DNA of 64,000 nucleotides from an uncultured Bacteroidota bacterium (GTDB taxonomy: Bacteria; Bacteroidota; Bacteroidia; Flavobacteriales; Flavobacteriaceae). A model generated the notes under the pieces. It had not been told where the DNA came from, made no database searches, and saw nothing but the letters and a program-made list of their open reading frames with translations. The translations under genes and the position numbers were made by a program. Where the stretch lies: the NCBI GenBank assembly GCA_913062555.1, contig CAJXVU010000008.1, positions 25,957 through 89,956 of the forward strand, written 5' to 3'. Shown piece after piece: positions 9,702-18,411 of this stretch (within the stretch, counting starts at the first letter, position 1; every line of letters begins with the position of its first letter).

Positions 9702-12700
9702 ATGATAAAAAACTACCTTTATTTAAGTAATTGCACACAGCTGTTGGCAATTATTGTCTTATTCTTGTTTCAAACGAATAGTTTAGAGGCACAAACCATG
9801 ACGTTTACTAATTCTGTTTCTGAACCAGGTTTTTCATTTAGTGGTTTAACACATGATAGTGCTGGTATCGCATACCCATCTGCGCCTAATGTTAATGGGG
9901 TGATTACAATAAGTAAGAATGCATTTTGCTGGGATATCACAAGTTTAGAGGCCTCTTGTTGGGGGGGTAATTCTAGTGTACCCGGTGGTACTTGTGCGAA
10001 TCCTTCTAATGCAGTATGGAAAGTTTGGTCCAATAATGATGATGAAGAAACATTTACAATTGGTAGTAATGCGAATCAAATAATAACTTTAGGATGGACA
10101 AATATACAATGGATTAAGATTCAATTAGTTGAAGATAGCACAACGGGAACCAATAATACATTTAATTTAGATAATATTGTATATACCATCCCGGTAAAAA
10201 CAGCAGCTTCGACACCGGTTCTTACTGTAAGTCCTAACCCATCTTGTCCAGGAAGTAACACCACATTAACCATTATTGGTAGTTTAAACGACGCTACAAA
10301 ATGGGTTGTATATTCTACTGCTTGCGGCACTGGATTAGTTGGTTCAACGACAGGCACATCGCTTATTGTAAGCCCAAATAGTGATACCTATTATTATGTG
10401 AGGGGTGAAGATGAATTTGGTTGCGTAGTGGATGGCAGTTGTGGTTCAATTGCCGTTACCGTAAAAACACTTTCTACAGCATTAACCTCGGCGAGTTCAG
10501 ATAAAGACAATGTATGTTCAGAGACTATAGCATTATCGGCTAGTGGTGGAACAAATGGTACTGGTGCCCAAATAAAATGGTACGATGGGCCAAATGGTTC
10601 TGGAAATGCCCTAGGCACTGGTTCACCAATTAACGTAAATCCGTCTAGTACAACCACCTATTATGCAAGACGTGAAGGTGATTGTAATAATACCTCGGAC
10701 GCATCAGTTATTGTAACTATTAAAACGGTATCGACTGCCTTTACTAGTGTTACGGCTGATGCCAATCCTATTTGCGATGGAGAAACTGCAAATTTAACAG
10801 CTAACGGAGGTACAGATGGTTCTGGAGCGGTTACAAAATGGTATAGTGGTGCAAATGGTACAGGAACTTTTTTAGGAACAGGTTCCGGTTTAGCGGTTAC
10901 TCCCGCATCAAGTACAACCTATTACGTACGCCGTGAAGGAGATTGCAATCTCACAACAGATGTTCAAATATTTATCGAAGTAAAATTATATACGTTCTAT
11001 GCCGATCAAGATGGAGACGGTTTTGGTGACCCTAATAATACGGTTCAGGCCTGTACAGTCCCTTCTGGTTTTGTGGCTGATAATACCGATTGTAATGATT
11101 TAAACGGCGCTATTTATCCAGGGGCTATAGAGATTTGTGATGGTGTTGATAATGATTGTGATGGTCTCGTTGATGAAAGTCCTGATCTAGATGGTGATGG
11201 GTTTACATTATGCGATGGCGATTGTGATGATGCAGATGCCACAATATATCCTGGAGCGCCAGAGCTTTGTGATGGTGTTGACAACGACTGTGATGGTGAA
11301 GTTCCAGATAGTGAAGTAGATGACGATGGCGATGGGTTCTCTGAATGCCAAGGCGATTGTGATGATACAGATTCAAGTATTTACCCAGGAGCACCTGAAA
11401 TTTGTGATGGTATTGATAATGATTGTGATGGCCTCGTTGATACTGATGACCCAAGTTGGACAGATGCCGAAAGCCCAACAGCATTGTGCCAGAATGTAAC
11501 AGTACAGTTGGATGCTAATGGCGAAGGAAGTACTACAGCGCAATTGGTAGATAATGGTTCTTACGATAATTGTGGGGTAGCAAGTCTATCTCTTAGTAAA
11601 ACAGATTTTGACTGTAGTAATATTGGTGAAAACACGGTAACCTTAACAGTAACTGATATTAGCGGAATTCAGAGCACTTGTACAGCAACAGTGACAGTTC
11701 AAGATAATATACCACCAGAGATAATCTGTCAAGATGTGACTATTTATTTAGATGCAAACGGAGTAGTACAGTTCAACCCACTTGTTGATGGAGCAGTAGT
11801 TTCACGAAGCGATAATTGTGCAACAAAGGGTCATGTAGGTTTTACGGGTCCTAAGTTTTACTATTGCAATCAGTTAGGGACTCATAGTATTAGAATCTTT
11901 CAACAGGATGTCAACGGCAATCAGTCGTTTTGTGATATGACATTGACTGTAAAGGATAATATACCTCCAACGGCCTTGTGTAAAACTGGAGTTGTGGCCT
12001 ATTTAGATGCTAATGGTAATGCTAGTATAACGGCTGCCGAAATTGACAATGGTTCTTCAGATAATTGTGGGATTGCCAGTTTAAGTGTTTCACCAAGTAC
12101 ATTTAGTTGTAACCAAGAAGGACAGGATGTATCGGTAACTTTAACAGTAATAGATTTGGATGGCAATGTGTCAACCTGTACAACAACTGTTGAAGTGGAT
12201 GACAAAATATTACCAGATGCCGTAGGTAAAAACATTATCGTGCAGTTGGATGCTAATGGTAATGCAAGTATTATACCTAGTGATGTAGATGGTGGTTCTA
12301 GTGATAATTGCGGATGGACGAACCCCTTGAGTGTGACGCCAAATACGTTCGATTGTAGCAATGTAGGCGCTAATACGGTAACTCTGAAAGTTGGTGATGG
12401 TAATGGAAATCAAAACACTACTACAGCAACGGTAACAGTTCAAGATAATATACCACCAGAAGCCTTATGTAAGGATATAACAGTACAATTGGATGAGACA
12501 GGAAAAGTGTCAATCTCTGCGTCACAGATAAGTTTGAATGGTAATAATAATGAGGTATTCAACTATACTGGTGGCGTGCAATTATTTGAGGTTCCAGAAG
12601 GGGTGACAAGTATTAATACAATAGTATCTGGTGCGCAAGGCGGGGCTAATTCAGCCATTAATAATAATTTTGGAGGTACAGCAACAGCAGATATAACAGT

Positions 12701-15095
12701 TACTCCTGGACAGATATTGTCTATTTATGTAGGACAGCAACCAAATGGTGTGACTGGTGGATTTAATGGAGGGGGAAATGGTGAAAATGCTGGACAAGGC
12801 GGAGGCGGTGCTTCTGATATTAGAATAGGTGGTGTTACACTCAATGATCGTGTGATTGTTGGCGGTGGCGGTGGCGGCGCTGGGTTTTGGGGAGGAACTC
12901 ACGTTGTTGGCGGCGTTGGTGCCGGATTGACTGGTGGCGATGGCTATAGAGGTGTCGCTTCAACTCCAGGAGGAGAAGGAGGTACACAAAGTGGCAGTGG
13001 AAATGGAACTTGTTCTACCTTAAATAACCCTGTAGTTTCTGGTGGCTTTGGCTATGGCGGAAATGTCAATGGATGCGGCTGTGAGGGCTACGGCGGTGGC
13101 GGTGGATGGTATGGTGGTGCTGGCTCTGGAAACTGTCGTGGTGGCGGCGGTGGAAGTGGCTATTTAGATGCGACACTGTCCAATGGATCTTTTACTTCAG
13201 GAAATAGAACTGGTCATGGAATAGTTATGATTTCATGGAGTTCAAGTAATGATAATTGCGGTGTGATATCAGAATCTATATCTCAAACGGATTTTACTTG
13301 TAACGATATTGGAGAAAATATTGTAACCCTAACCGTTACCGATGTTAATGGAAATTCTAGTTCTTGTACGGCAACGGTAACTGTTGAAGATAACGTATTA
13401 CCAACGGCCCTTTGTAAAACTGGAGTTGTAGCTTATTTAGATGCTAATGGTAATGCTAGTATAACGGCTGCCGAAATTGACAATGGTTCTACAGATAATT
13501 GTGGGATTGCCAGTTTAAGTGTTTCACCAAGTACATTTAGTTGTAACCAGGAAGGACAGAATGTAACAGTAACCTTAACAGTAATAGATATGGATGGTAA
13601 CGTATCTACCTGTGATACAACTGTTGAAGTGGATGACAAGATATTACCAGATGCCGTAGGTAAAAACATTATCGTGCAGTTGGATGCCAATGGTAATGCC
13701 AGTATTATACCTAGTGATGTAGATGGTGGTTCTAGTGATAATTGTGGATGGACGAGAGCTTTGAGTGTGACGCCAAATACCTTTGACTGTTCCAATTTAG
13801 GAGCGAATACGGTAACTTTGAAAGTTGGCGATGGTAATGGTAATCAAAACACTGCTACAGCAACGGTAACAGTTCAAGATAATATACCACCAACAGCGAA
13901 TACTCAAGATGTAATTGTAGAATTAGATGCAAATGGCAATGGAAGCACCACAGCGGAAGCGGTAAATAATGGTTCCAGTGATAATTGTGGTATCGCGAAT
14001 CTAGAGCTTAGTAGAACAGACTTTGATTGTAATGCTATAGGAAATCACACTGTGACTTTAACCGTAACGGATGTTGGGGGTAACATATCTCAGGAAACAG
14101 CTAATGTAGAGGTTCAAGATAATTTACCACCAATTGTGCTAACAAATGATATAATTGTAGAGCTAGATGCTAATGGCAACGGAAGCACAACAGTGGCGGC
14201 TGTAAATAGTGGAGTCTCTGATAACTGCGGTATTGCAAGTGTGGTACTCAGTAAAACAGACTTTGATTGTGATGATGTTGGTATCAATATAGTAACCTTA
14301 ATCGTAACGGACGTAAATGGCAACGTTACTAATGAACCTGCCAATGTGGATGTCCAAGATAATATTGTGCCGGAATTAACTCAGCCTCATCATGTCACTG
14401 GATTTGTCAATTCAAATTGTGAATTTATTGTTCCAGATTACACCGGTTTAGCCCTTGCAACAGATAATTGTAATGTAACGGTAACTCAATCTCCAATAGC
14501 AGGCACTGTTATAACTGATTTCACCTCACCTATTTCTGTTTTACTTACCGCTGATGATGGTAATGGTAATACAGCGACGGTAACCGTAACAGGATCATAT
14601 GCATTGAATGCTGCTGGAGCAACGCTTTGGTATATTGATGCAGATGGTGATAGTTATGGGGATGCTTCTTATTCTATTTGGGGCTGTACACAACCGGATG
14701 GTTATTCTTCGAATGATAGAGATTGTGATGATACCAATGCGAATATTAATCCAAGTGTAGCAGAGATATTAAATAATTTAATTGATGAAAATTGTGATGG
14801 TTATATCGCTCATTCTCCATTGAGTAATTCGACGTTCATTTTTGACAGTTTAAGAATAACTCCTAATCCATTTAATAGCATTCTAAATATAGAATTGTCT
14901 ACAGGGATCACTGGAGAATTTAAAATTTCATTATTTGATCTTAACGGAAGAGTTGTCTATTCTAAAAACACATCAAGTGTTAATGGTAGAATTACAGTGA
15001 ATGGTTTAGAAAAATTAGCCTCAGCTGTTTACTTCTTTAAAATAGTTGATAACACGACTAACGAATACACCGTAAAAAGACTCATTAAGGAATAA
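9702..15095 (+). CDS. Giant T9SS-secreted multidomain surface protein
   Basis: 1797 aa. Domain order: signal peptide; three ~85-aa Ig-like repeats (about 10200-10985); four CDGxDNDCDG Cys/Asp motifs (about 10995-11460); many ~80-aa repeats with DNGSxDNCG...VTLTVTD..GN...C..TVTVxDNxPP (HYR-like); a glycine-rich module (12555-13245). The C-terminus (...ITPNPFNSILNIEL...YFFKIV...) is a type A Por/T9SS sorting domain. Confidence 0.85.
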   Translation: MIKNYLYLSNCTQLLAIIVLFLFQTNSLEAQTMTFTNSVSEPGFSFSGLTHDSAGIAYPSAPNVNGVITISKNAFCWDITSLEASCWGGNSSVPGGTCANPSNAVWKVWSNNDDEETFTIGSNANQIITLGWTNIQWIKIQLVEDSTTGTNNTFNLDNIVYTIPVKTAASTPVLTVSPNPSCPGSNTTLTIIGSLNDATKWVVYSTACGTGLVGSTTGTSLIVSPNSDTYYYVRGEDEFGCVVDGSCGSIAVTVKTLSTALTSASSDKDNVCSETIALSASGGTNGTGAQIKWYDGPNGSGNALGTGSPINVNPSSTTTYYARREGDCNNTSDASVIVTIKTVSTAFTSVTADANPICDGETANLTANGGTDGSGAVTKWYSGANGTGTFLGTGSGLAVTPASSTTYYVRREGDCNLTTDVQIFIEVKLYTFYADQDGDGFGDPNNTVQACTVPSGFVADNTDCNDLNGAIYPGAIEICDGVDNDCDGLVDESPDLDGDGFTLCDGDCDDADATIYPGAPELCDGVDNDCDGEVPDSEVDDDGDGFSECQGDCDDTDSSIYPGAPEICDGIDNDCDGLVDTDDPSWTDAESPTALCQNVTVQLDANGEGSTTAQLVDNGSYDNCGVASLSLSKTDFDCSNIGENTVTLTVTDISGIQSTCTATVTVQDNIPPEIICQDVTIYLDANGVVQFNPLVDGAVVSRSDNCATKGHVGFTGPKFYYCNQLGTHSIRIFQQDVNGNQSFCDMTLTVKDNIPPTALCKTGVVAYLDANGNASITAAEIDNGSSDNCGIASLSVSPSTFSCNQEGQDVSVTLTVIDLDGNVSTCTTTVEVDDKILPDAVGKNIIVQLDANGNASIIPSDVDGGSSDNCGWTNPLSVTPNTFDCSNVGANTVTLKVGDGNGNQNTTTATVTVQDNIPPEALCKDITVQLDETGKVSISASQISLNGNNNEVFNYTGGVQLFEVPEGVTSINTIVSGAQGGANSAINNNFGGTATADITVTPGQILSIYVGQQPNGVTGGFNGGGNGENAGQGGGGASDIRIGGVTLNDRVIVGGGGGGAGFWGGTHVVGGVGAGLTGGDGYRGVASTPGGEGGTQSGSGNGTCSTLNNPVVSGGFGYGGNVNGCGCEGYGGGGGWYGGAGSGNCRGGGGGSGYLDATLSNGSFTSGNRTGHGIVMISWSSSNDNCGVISESISQTDFTCNDIGENIVTLTVTDVNGNSSSCTATVTVEDNVLPTALCKTGVVAYLDANGNASITAAEIDNGSTDNCGIASLSVSPSTFSCNQEGQNVTVTLTVIDMDGNVSTCDTTVEVDDKILPDAVGKNIIVQLDANGNASIIPSDVDGGSSDNCGWTRALSVTPNTFDCSNLGANTVTLKVGDGNGNQNTATATVTVQDNIPPTANTQDVIVELDANGNGSTTAEAVNNGSSDNCGIANLELSRTDFDCNAIGNHTVTLTVTDVGGNISQETANVEVQDNLPPIVLTNDIIVELDANGNGSTTVAAVNSGVSDNCGIASVVLSKTDFDCDDVGINIVTLIVTDVNGNVTNEPANVDVQDNIVPELTQPHHVTGFVNSNCEFIVPDYTGLALATDNCNVTVTQSPIAGTVITDFTSPISVLLTADDGNGNTATVTVTGSYALNAAGATLWYIDADGDSYGDASYSIWGCTQPDGYSSNDRDCDDTNANINPSVAEILNNLIDENCDGYIAHSPLSNSTFIFDSLRITPNPFNSILNIELSTGITGEFKISLFDLNGRVVYSKNTSSVNGRITVNGLEKLASAVYFFKIVDNTTNEYTVKRLIKE
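11967..12458 (+). repeat. Copy A of a 492-bp in-frame direct repeat inside the adhesin gene (two HYR-like units)
   Basis: Hand alignment to 13401-13892 gives roughly 90% or higher nucleotide identity. The offset is 1434 bp (478 codons). Confidence 0.85.
13401..13892 (+). repeat. Copy B of the 492-bp in-frame direct repeat
   Basis: See copy A. The encoded peptides differ at only a few residues. Confidence 0.85.
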
Positions 15096-15116
15096 AAATA
15101 GTATAAATAAAAGAAG

Positions 15117-15149
15117 AAAAGGGTGATGCAATGAGCATCACCCTTTTTT
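15117..15149. terminator. Bidirectional rho-independent terminator between the convergent adhesin and copZ genes
   Basis: The stem gggtgatgc (15121-15129) pairs with gcatcaccc (15135-15143) across the loop aatga. An A-run precedes it and a T-run follows. Confidence 0.75.
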
Positions 15150-15169
15150 ATGTTTAAGGAGTTTCGCTT

Positions 15170-15379
15170 TTAAACTTTTTCAATTTCAAACCCCGCTTGA
15201 GTAACAGCATCAATCACAGTTTTTATATTATCATCATCCAAGCTTACTTCCAGAATCTTATCAGGGTTATCAATATCTACTTTCCACAGGTCGATATTAT
15301 CAACATCGTTTAAAAAGGGGCTTACAGATTTAATGCATCCTGAACAGTTTATATTTGTTTTAAATTGTATTGTTTTCAT
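15170..15379 (-). CDS. copZ: Heavy-metal-associated (HMA) copper chaperone
   Basis: 69 aa with the CxxC motif NCSGCIKSV. It sits directly downstream of copA. Confidence 0.8.
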   Translation of the reverse strand: MKTIQFKTNINCSGCIKSVSPFLNDVDNIDLWKVDIDNPDKILEVSLDDDNIKTVIDAVTQAGFEIEKV

Positions 15380-15391
15380 ATTTTTTTGATA

Positions 15392-17644
15392 TTAATTAAT
15401 GGACTGATTTTTTAATCGTAAACTATTTGCGAGTACAGAAATGGAACTCATGGACATGGCTGCACCTGCAATCATTGGATTTAATAGAAATCCGAATGCT
15501 GGATATAATAGCCCTGCTGCAATTGGGATGGCTACTAAGTTATAAATGAAAGCCCAAAATAAATTTTGCTTGATGGTACGCATCGTCGCTTTAGAAAGTT
15601 TGATGGCTTTCGAAATTTGTTTCAAATCGGAATGCATCAATGTAATTGCAGCACTCTCCATAGCAATATCAGTACCACTTCCCATAGCAATACCAACATC
15701 CGATTGTGCTAAGGCATGTGAATCATTAATGCCATCTCCAGCCATTGCAACAATTTTTCCTTCTGCTTGTAATTGCTTGACAAAATAGCCCTTGTCAGCG
15801 GGCATCACATTTGCTTTAAAATTTGTAATTCCTACAGTATTAGCAACCACAGCTGCGGTTTCTGCATTGTCGCCAGTAAGCATATGTATGCTAATACCCA
15901 TTTGCTGAATCTGAGCGATTGCGGCCGCGGCATTTTCTTTAATACGGTCGGCAACCGCAATAATGGCTTTAACTTGGGTCTCTGAGCTCAAATATACAAC
16001 AGTCTTTGCTTCAGCTTTTAACGCCGCCGCTTTTATAGATAAATGGTCTGGAATGTTAATGTTATTACGCGTCATTAATTTTTCATTTCCAGTATAATAA
16101 GTCATATCAGAAACGATTGCCTTAGCACCCATACCTGTAATGCTCTCAAATCCTTCTATATTTGAACGCTCTTGATTTTCTTTTTTAAGCTCCTCTACAA
16201 TGGCTTCTGCTATGGGGTGTTCCGATTGTGATTCTATCGCGAAAATTATTTTCTTGAGTTGATTCGTATTTGCATCATTTGTCCAAATAAAATCGGTTAC
16301 CTTAGGTTTTCCTTCAGTAATAGTCCCCGTTTTGTCTAATATTAAAGTGTCAACCTTATAAGCTGTTTCCAAAGCTTGAGCATCTTTTATTAAAATCCCT
16401 TGTTGTGCCCCTTTCCCAATACCAACCATTAAAGCCGTTGGCGTTGCCAAACCTAAAGCACATGGGCAGGCGATAATAAGTACGGTAATAAGTGAAAGTA
16501 AGGCATAAGTTGAAGAAGGTTCTGGGCCAAAATTATACCAAATAATAAAAGTGAGTATTGAAATGCCAATCACAATAGGAACAAAGATACCAGCGACTTT
16601 GTCTGCTAACTTTTGAATGGCTGGTTTACTGGATTGTGCCTGTTCAACCAACTGAATAATTTGAGAAAGCAGGGTCTCTTTACCAACTTTATTTGCGATG
16701 ATTCTTAGGCTTCCTTTTTGATTGATTGTTCCTGAAAAAACAAAGGCTCCTTTCGTTTTAGAGACTGGGATTGGTTCTCCAGAAATCATGCTTTCATCTA
16801 TATAAGAGCTGCCTTTTTTTACTTTGCCATCAACAGGTACTCTATCACCCGGTTTAAGAATGATGAGGTCACCTTTTACAATGTCATTAAAGGCAATAAT
16901 GCGTTCCTCGCCGTTCCTAATTACAGTTGCCTTTTTAGGTTTTAAGCCCATTAATTTTTTTATGGCAGATGAGGTTTTGCTCTTGGAACGTTCTTCGAAA
17001 TAACGACCTAAAAGTATAAGTGTAATAATAATTACGGCAGACTCATAATACACATGAGGGGTTACACCTTGACTTAAAAAGTACTCTGGATATACCGTAT
17101 TAAATAGACTAAATATAAAAGCGATTCCCGTACTTAAAGCAACAAGGGTATCCATGTTGGAGGAAAAGTGTTGTAGTTTTTTCCATGCAATTACAAAAAA
17201 TCCTGAGCCACTCCAAAACAAAACAGGAATTGAAAGGGTCAACATAATCCAGTTTTCATAGGGAAGTTTGCCTGAAAAAAACATGGCAATACTAAAAACA
17301 GGAATTGAGAAAATAACGGAAAACAGCAATTTTGATTTGAGTTTACTTAGCCTTTTTTCTTCTATTTCTTCAAAAGCTTTTTTCGAGACTTCACTGTCCC
17401 CCGTTAATATGGTATAACTTATTTCTTTCGCTGCTTGATGAATTTTTTCAATTGAAATTGTGACACTATCATATTCTAATGCTATTGATTGATTCGGGTA
17501 ATTTACAACAACATTTAAAACACCTTCGATTGGTTTGATATAGGATTCGAGACTTACAGCACAAGCGGCACAAGTCATTCCTGAGACTTTATAATTGTCT
17601 TTTATGATGTTGGTGTTTTGATTTGGAACTTTACTTTGTGACAT
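15392..17644 (-). CDS. copA: Copper-translocating P1B-type ATPase
   Basis: N-terminal HMA GMTCAACAVS, the TM CPC motif (IACPCALGLATP), DKTGT and GDGINDS. 750 aa. Confidence 0.92.
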   Translation of the reverse strand: MSQSKVPNQNTNIIKDNYKVSGMTCAACAVSLESYIKPIEGVLNVVVNYPNQSIALEYDSVTISIEKIHQAAKEISYTILTGDSEVSKKAFEEIEEKRLSKLKSKLLFSVIFSIPVFSIAMFFSGKLPYENWIMLTLSIPVLFWSGSGFFVIAWKKLQHFSSNMDTLVALSTGIAFIFSLFNTVYPEYFLSQGVTPHVYYESAVIIITLILLGRYFEERSKSKTSSAIKKLMGLKPKKATVIRNGEERIIAFNDIVKGDLIILKPGDRVPVDGKVKKGSSYIDESMISGEPIPVSKTKGAFVFSGTINQKGSLRIIANKVGKETLLSQIIQLVEQAQSSKPAIQKLADKVAGIFVPIVIGISILTFIIWYNFGPEPSSTYALLSLITVLIIACPCALGLATPTALMVGIGKGAQQGILIKDAQALETAYKVDTLILDKTGTITEGKPKVTDFIWTNDANTNQLKKIIFAIESQSEHPIAEAIVEELKKENQERSNIEGFESITGMGAKAIVSDMTYYTGNEKLMTRNNINIPDHLSIKAAALKAEAKTVVYLSSETQVKAIIAVADRIKENAAAAIAQIQQMGISIHMLTGDNAETAAVVANTVGITNFKANVMPADKGYFVKQLQAEGKIVAMAGDGINDSHALAQSDVGIAMGSGTDIAMESAAITLMHSDLKQISKAIKLSKATMRTIKQNLFWAFIYNLVAIPIAAGLLYPAFGFLLNPMIAGAAMSMSSISVLANSLRLKNQSIN

Positions 17645-17757
17645 GACTAAATTGGTCTTATAAGTACAAAGTTAAGTGTGAATGACACTATTTAAATTAT
17701 ATAATTCAGATATTCATTTATATGTTTTTGCCAGGAAAACAAAAAAATTGGAGTCTG

Positions 17758-18330
17758 CTAAATTGAATCTATGGCTTGGTGACTCGGGTTTCTGGTTTTT
17801 TTAAAGGCAGATGGTGTCATTCCTGTTTCTTTTTTGAATTGAGAAGAAAGATGTGCCGTGCTACTATAATTCATTCTAATAGCTATTTCAGATAAATTTA
17901 TTTCATTGTAAAATAGTAATTCTTTAACCTTCTCTATTTTTTGTTTTAAAATAAAACGCTCTATAGTTAGTCCTTCAACCGAAGAAAATAGTTTGCTTAA
18001 CGAGGTGTATTCATGGTTCAGTTTTTCTGAAAGGAATGTAGAGAAGTTAATTTTTAAACTGGTAGATTGATGATGAATATGGTCTATAATTAATGACTTT
18101 ATTTGGCTTATTATTTTTGAATTATGATCTTCTAATAGCTCAAAACCGTCTTCTGAAAGTTTATCTTTAAGCCTGAGTTTTAATCCGCTACTTATCTTAT
18201 TAGCAGTGATGACTTCTCCTAATTGAATTGATTTAATATCAATATCAAGCCCATCAAATATCATTTGAACCGTACTGATACAGCGTGGGCAAACCATGTT
18301 TTTTATATGTAATGTAATATCGTTTTTCAT
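17758..18330 (-). CDS. HMA-domain / AraC-type HTH fusion regulator
   Basis: N-terminal MVCPRCISTV (CxxC in an HMA-like fold). The C-terminal AraC HTH reads EIAIRMNYSSTAHLSSQFKKETGMTPSAFK. Confidence 0.8.
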   Translation of the reverse strand: MKNDITLHIKNMVCPRCISTVQMIFDGLDIDIKSIQLGEVITANKISSGLKLRLKDKLSEDGFELLEDHNSKIISQIKSLIIDHIHHQSTSLKINFSTFLSEKLNHEYTSLSKLFSSVEGLTIERFILKQKIEKVKELLFYNEINLSEIAIRMNYSSTAHLSSQFKKETGMTPSAFKKTRNPSHQAIDSI

Positions 18331-18377
18331 AAATTTTTGATGCTGCTAAATTTACGATTTTCTAATCATTAATTATG

Positions 18378-18385
18378 TATATTTG
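18378..18385 (+). promoter_or_regulatory. Bacteroidota-type -7 promoter box (TAnnTTTG)
   Basis: TATATTTG lies 27 nt upstream of the ATG at 18412. Confidence 0.4.
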
Positions 18386-18411
18386 AGTACCAACCAACAA
18401 ACACACTCCAC

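Noticed and set aside
11999-13795. Two nearly identical 120-aa minus-strand ORFs (11999-12361, 13433-13795), plus other antisense ORFs within 9770-14344
   Set aside because: They lie antisense to the strongly supported 1797-aa adhesin ORF. Their similarity to each other just reflects the 492-bp sense-strand repeat. They have no start context or recognisable motifs.
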